Part shown: piece by piece, positions 60,593 to 64,000 of the stretch | Numbering within the stretch: the first letter of the stretch is position 1 | Layout of the letters: each line of letters opens with the position of its first letter | Assembly: GCA_964036045.1 (NCBI GenBank) | Contig: OZ038378.1 | Location: 4,588,001-4,652,000, forward strand | Length of the DNA stretch: 64,000 nt | Source of the DNA: Eutreptiella sp. 'Long Island Sound 2002' | Taxonomy: Eukaryota > Protista > Euglenida | Reading direction: 5' to 3' | Position numbers and translations under genes: made by a program | The notes under the pieces: model-generated | Seen by the model: only the letters and a program-made list of their open reading frames with translations | Databases searched by the model: none | What the model was told of the DNA's origin: nothing

Positions 60593-62111
60593 ACTAAATC
60601 ACAAACGGAGGAGGTCCTCAGAAGAGTTATGTTCGACTCTGGAGGGGGCTGGCCCCTCCCCACCACTGGTGCAGGTAGCTCAGAGGGTAGCCACCTCAGA
60701 TGGAGGAATGTTCCTACCCCGTCGGAAACCAGCTGACTGCCAAGTATCCTCCACAACTGAAGTACATACAGCCATAGACTATGGTTGCAACGAACTTTCT
60801 GCAAAAAAAAAAATCGCCGTCAGTTGGCCGCCAATCATTTAACGACAACACTTTACTTGACTCATCAATTCCTTTCAATGTGCTGCAAAGTTCTCTTGGT
60901 CCGTGGTGCCCTGGCAAGCAACGGTGCTGACAACAGCTGTGTTGAAACAATATGAAGAAAGAAAATGTCTTCCCAGGACTGCAGGCAGCTGTGCTGGGGC
61001 GGGCTACTTTCGCGAGAGAAATTTAGGCGGTCTCCATTGTGTCAATGGCACAATGTAGACTGAATGTGCGCGGAACCAATGGACAGTGGTGGTTGCATAA
61101 GAGTCTCCAGCCTGTGATCAGCGTACAAGTGCAACAACATCTGTAGGCACAGCTGAGGGGTTGGAACAGGGACTGAGGGAGCACAAGGGTTTTTGAGGGA
61201 CCGATGGTTGAGGGGGGAGGGGGCATGCATCGTGAGTGTGGTTGTGCATATCAGTCATGTATGGGGGATTGACGTTGTCTATGGAGGTTGGGGCTGCGTG
61301 TAGGGAATGAGATTGTGCACAACAACGGAAGAGCAGCCGAGAGCTGTGTTAGACCAGTGCGTATATTGCGCACCTGTGCTGCTGCACTTCATGGCATCAG
61401 AAACCACATCGTCGAAACATGCAACAGTACTCTGGAAGAAGACTTGCTGCAGGAAGGAACTCAGGGGGCAATGTAAAAGCAATCAGGTGTCACCTTTGGG
61501 TCAGGCTTTTTTTTTAGGGGGGGGGGGGGTTCCCGTCCACAGATTGAGCCCTGCCGCCTCCCTCAGGGCAGCTGCCATTTCATCGTTTCCTGAAGCCGTG
61601 TGTCTGTCGCCGTCCCTCCCATGCAAAGGCCCTTGCCATGCCCCTTGGCTCAGAATTAGCTGGAAGCGTGGGCAAGCCCCCCTGTGAGACTGATTGTTAC
61701 CGCCCTGGCACTGGCACCTGCTGCCATACAGTCTCTCATTGCCCACCAACCGTTTTGTATCGTACATGAGTTGAAGAAGCACTGCCATTATGTGACCGGT
61801 ATTGGAATGGGTCCACAACAGCGCCTTCAGCCCCCCTTCCCAGAATATCAAAATTTCCATTTTTGAGCTGCAGAGGCTGGAAAACTGCATTAGCAGGTTG
61901 TGCCCAGCCCCCTTGGGACCCCCCACAAACACCCAAATAAGGTGAGAAACACACAAAGAGGGTTTAAAACATGCTTTACATAGGATATTTTATCATTGTG
62001 AATGGTCTTGAAATTTTCCATTTTTGAGCTGTAGAGGGTGGAAAACCGCTTAATCAGTTTGTGCGCACACTAAGTGCCACCGAACCACCTACAAACAGCA
62101 ATTTTGAGGAT

Positions 62112-62710
62112 TTTGGGGGCCCATGGCTCGGGCTACATGGGCCCAGCGGCCACTACGTGGGTCCCTATGGGTGCTCAAGTACCCGTGTTGTCACCAAATG
62201 ATCACCCAAACCCATCCCAGGGGCGACAAAAGGGTTTCGGAAAAAGTGGCATTTTGAAATCTTTTTAGGTGTACTAAAGAGCCTACACAATAGCAATTTT
62301 GGGTACGACTCCTTTTATCGTCCTTCGGCCTATGTACATGGGAAGAGGAGCGGAGGGTGGGGGCCGATCAGAGTTCAGGCACCCCCCTCCTCCATACAGG
62401 CTCCCCTCCTATGGAGTACGGCGGCCGAAAGGGACGAGCTAGTCGGGACTAGGTCTCTTCCATGCTCGCCCTCCTAAGGAGCCGACTGGTGTGCCCTCCA
62501 CTAGTCATCGCCCTCTCTGATCACCCAAAACCATCCTAGGGGCATTGGAAGGGTTTCAGAAAAATTCAAAATTTGAAATTTTTCAAGTGTCACCAAACAG
62601 CCTACGCAGCCGCTTTTGGAGGGCCCATGGCTCAGGCTACATGGGCCTAGCGGTCCCCATGGGTGCTCAAGTACCCGTATTGTCACCAAATGATCACCAA
62701 GACCCATCCT
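62112..62710. repeat. ~105-bp direct repeats
   Basis: GGGCCCATGGCTC.GGCTACATGGGCC.AGCGG..ATGGGTGCTCAAGTACCCGT.TTGTCACCAAATGATCACC at 62112-62219 and 62614-62710. Confidence 0.85.
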
Positions 62711-63154
62711 AGGGCCAACAAACACGTTTAAAAAAAGTCAAATTTTGAAAAAATTTTCAGCTGCCACTGAACAGCCAAACTAGTGTGAAACGGCTAAGTC
62801 CTCGCGGGGGGGGGGGGGGGGCGAGGGCCTAGGCGTACCCGGAGTTGGGAACCGGGACCCCCGCCATGGGTCAAGGGGTCCATATACAAGAAAAAACTTC
62901 TTCGGGACCTAGGTGTGAATCCACACACAACAACCGCAATACGCAAAGAAGTTTTGACACCCCCCCCACACATCCCAAAATAGCGGTACCCGGGTACCAA
63001 GGGGGGGCGGGGAAGGGGGGTCAAAATCAAAAAATTCATTACGGGACCATTTTGTCTCCCAAAATGATGATTTTACAAGGGGTTATACATCCAGTACCAT
63101 ACCTTGGGGTATCCTACGCGAATGACCCCAAAAGGGGGGGGGGTATATGGTGTC

Positions 63155-63475
63155 CAGGGCAGTCCTTAACGAAGAAGAAAAAAAGAAGTGGTCCTGCACC
63201 CAGGTTTCCCAAAAATGCCCACGGGCACACCATGTGTGGGCGGTTGGCGGTTGGCGGTTGGGGATTGGCGGTTGATGGCGGTTGGTGGCGGCGGCAGTTG
63301 GTGGTTGGGGATTGGTAGTTGATGGGGGTTAGCAGTGGTTGGCGGTTGGCGGTTGGCGGTTGGTGGCGGTTGGCGGTTGGTGGTGGTTGGTGGTTGGCGG
63401 TTGATGGTCCCTTGGGGCGGTCCTTAAGGGCGGTCCTTAACAAAAAAAAAATCTCGGTCCCAAAGGACCGCCCTG
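63155..63475. mobile_element. hAT-type MITE with internal (GGCGGTT)n array
   Basis: TIR CAGGGCAGTCCTT (63155-63167) and AAGGACCGCCCTG (63463-63475). 8-bp TSD ATGGTGTC (63147-63154) versus ATGGCGTC (63476-63483). Confidence 0.8.
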
Positions 63476-64000
63476 ATGGCGTCCGCGCCTACGCTTGATC
63501 TAACAACCCTCTTCGAGGTGATTTTGTGTTTTTAGGGTGGTAGGGATGCAGTGTCCTCAGGGGTTAGCATAAAACAACAGAAGCCTCCACTCTACCTCCT
63601 CACCAACGGTAGGAAACGCAGTTATTGGCCTAATTGGCTGCCAAAGCCGCCATCCAGTGGGTGGACTTCACCATGTTTCATCTTGGTGAGAGGGGTTCCC
63701 AATTCCATCATGATTCGGGCATCGGCCCAAACCCCACAAGAGATGCACCTCAACCAGCGGAAATTGCCAAGAAAATCATTCATCAGACGAATTTTGAACA
63801 CGTCCTCCTCTTATTTCGGTTGGCAGAGGACATCCTTCAGCTCCCTACCATGAGAGTGCAAAGTGTACATATGGTGAGGTGCAGAAAAAAGCACAAGGGA
63901 AAGGAAAATGTTGTCTCAGACATCGAAAACACACGTATTGCGCACACTGCACGTGCATTTCTCTGTTAACATACTTTTGCCACACGTCCTAGGGTCATCG

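Overview
Repeat-rich eukaryotic genomic DNA: many G/C homopolymer runs, GT-AG introns, no operons, rRNA, intact tRNA or CRISPR. The organism cannot be determined from sequence alone; a protist is plausible. Most ORFs in the track are artefacts of repeats. Main contents: (1) An intact, intronless RAG1/Transib-superfamily DDE transposase ORF (2467/2542-4290, +) with the catalytic D-D-E and the C2H2 zinc site. It is bracketed not by ordinary TIRs but by arrays of an 11-bp self-complementary unit, CTCA[C/G]TGAGCG, including a perfect 108-bp palindrome (1848-1955). This is the top candidate for an undescribed system. (2) An intronless RING-HC protein gene (9377-10432, -). (3) A decayed ~5.4-kb element (13.5-18.95 kb) with inverted ends and four minus-strand gene modules, punctuated by the palindrome GCGAAATTTCGC. 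(4) A spliced Four-jointed/FAM20-like kinase gene (about 30.5-37.8 kb, -), fragmented across unrelated-looking ORFs in the track and reconstructed here from phase-compatible exons. (5) Two PIF/Harbinger-type transposase relics. (6) Nested SINE-like insertions with TSDs, a hAT-type MITE, a TIR element with a hierarchical tandem array, and several dispersed repeat families. All protein assignments are by-eye motif matches; no searches were run.
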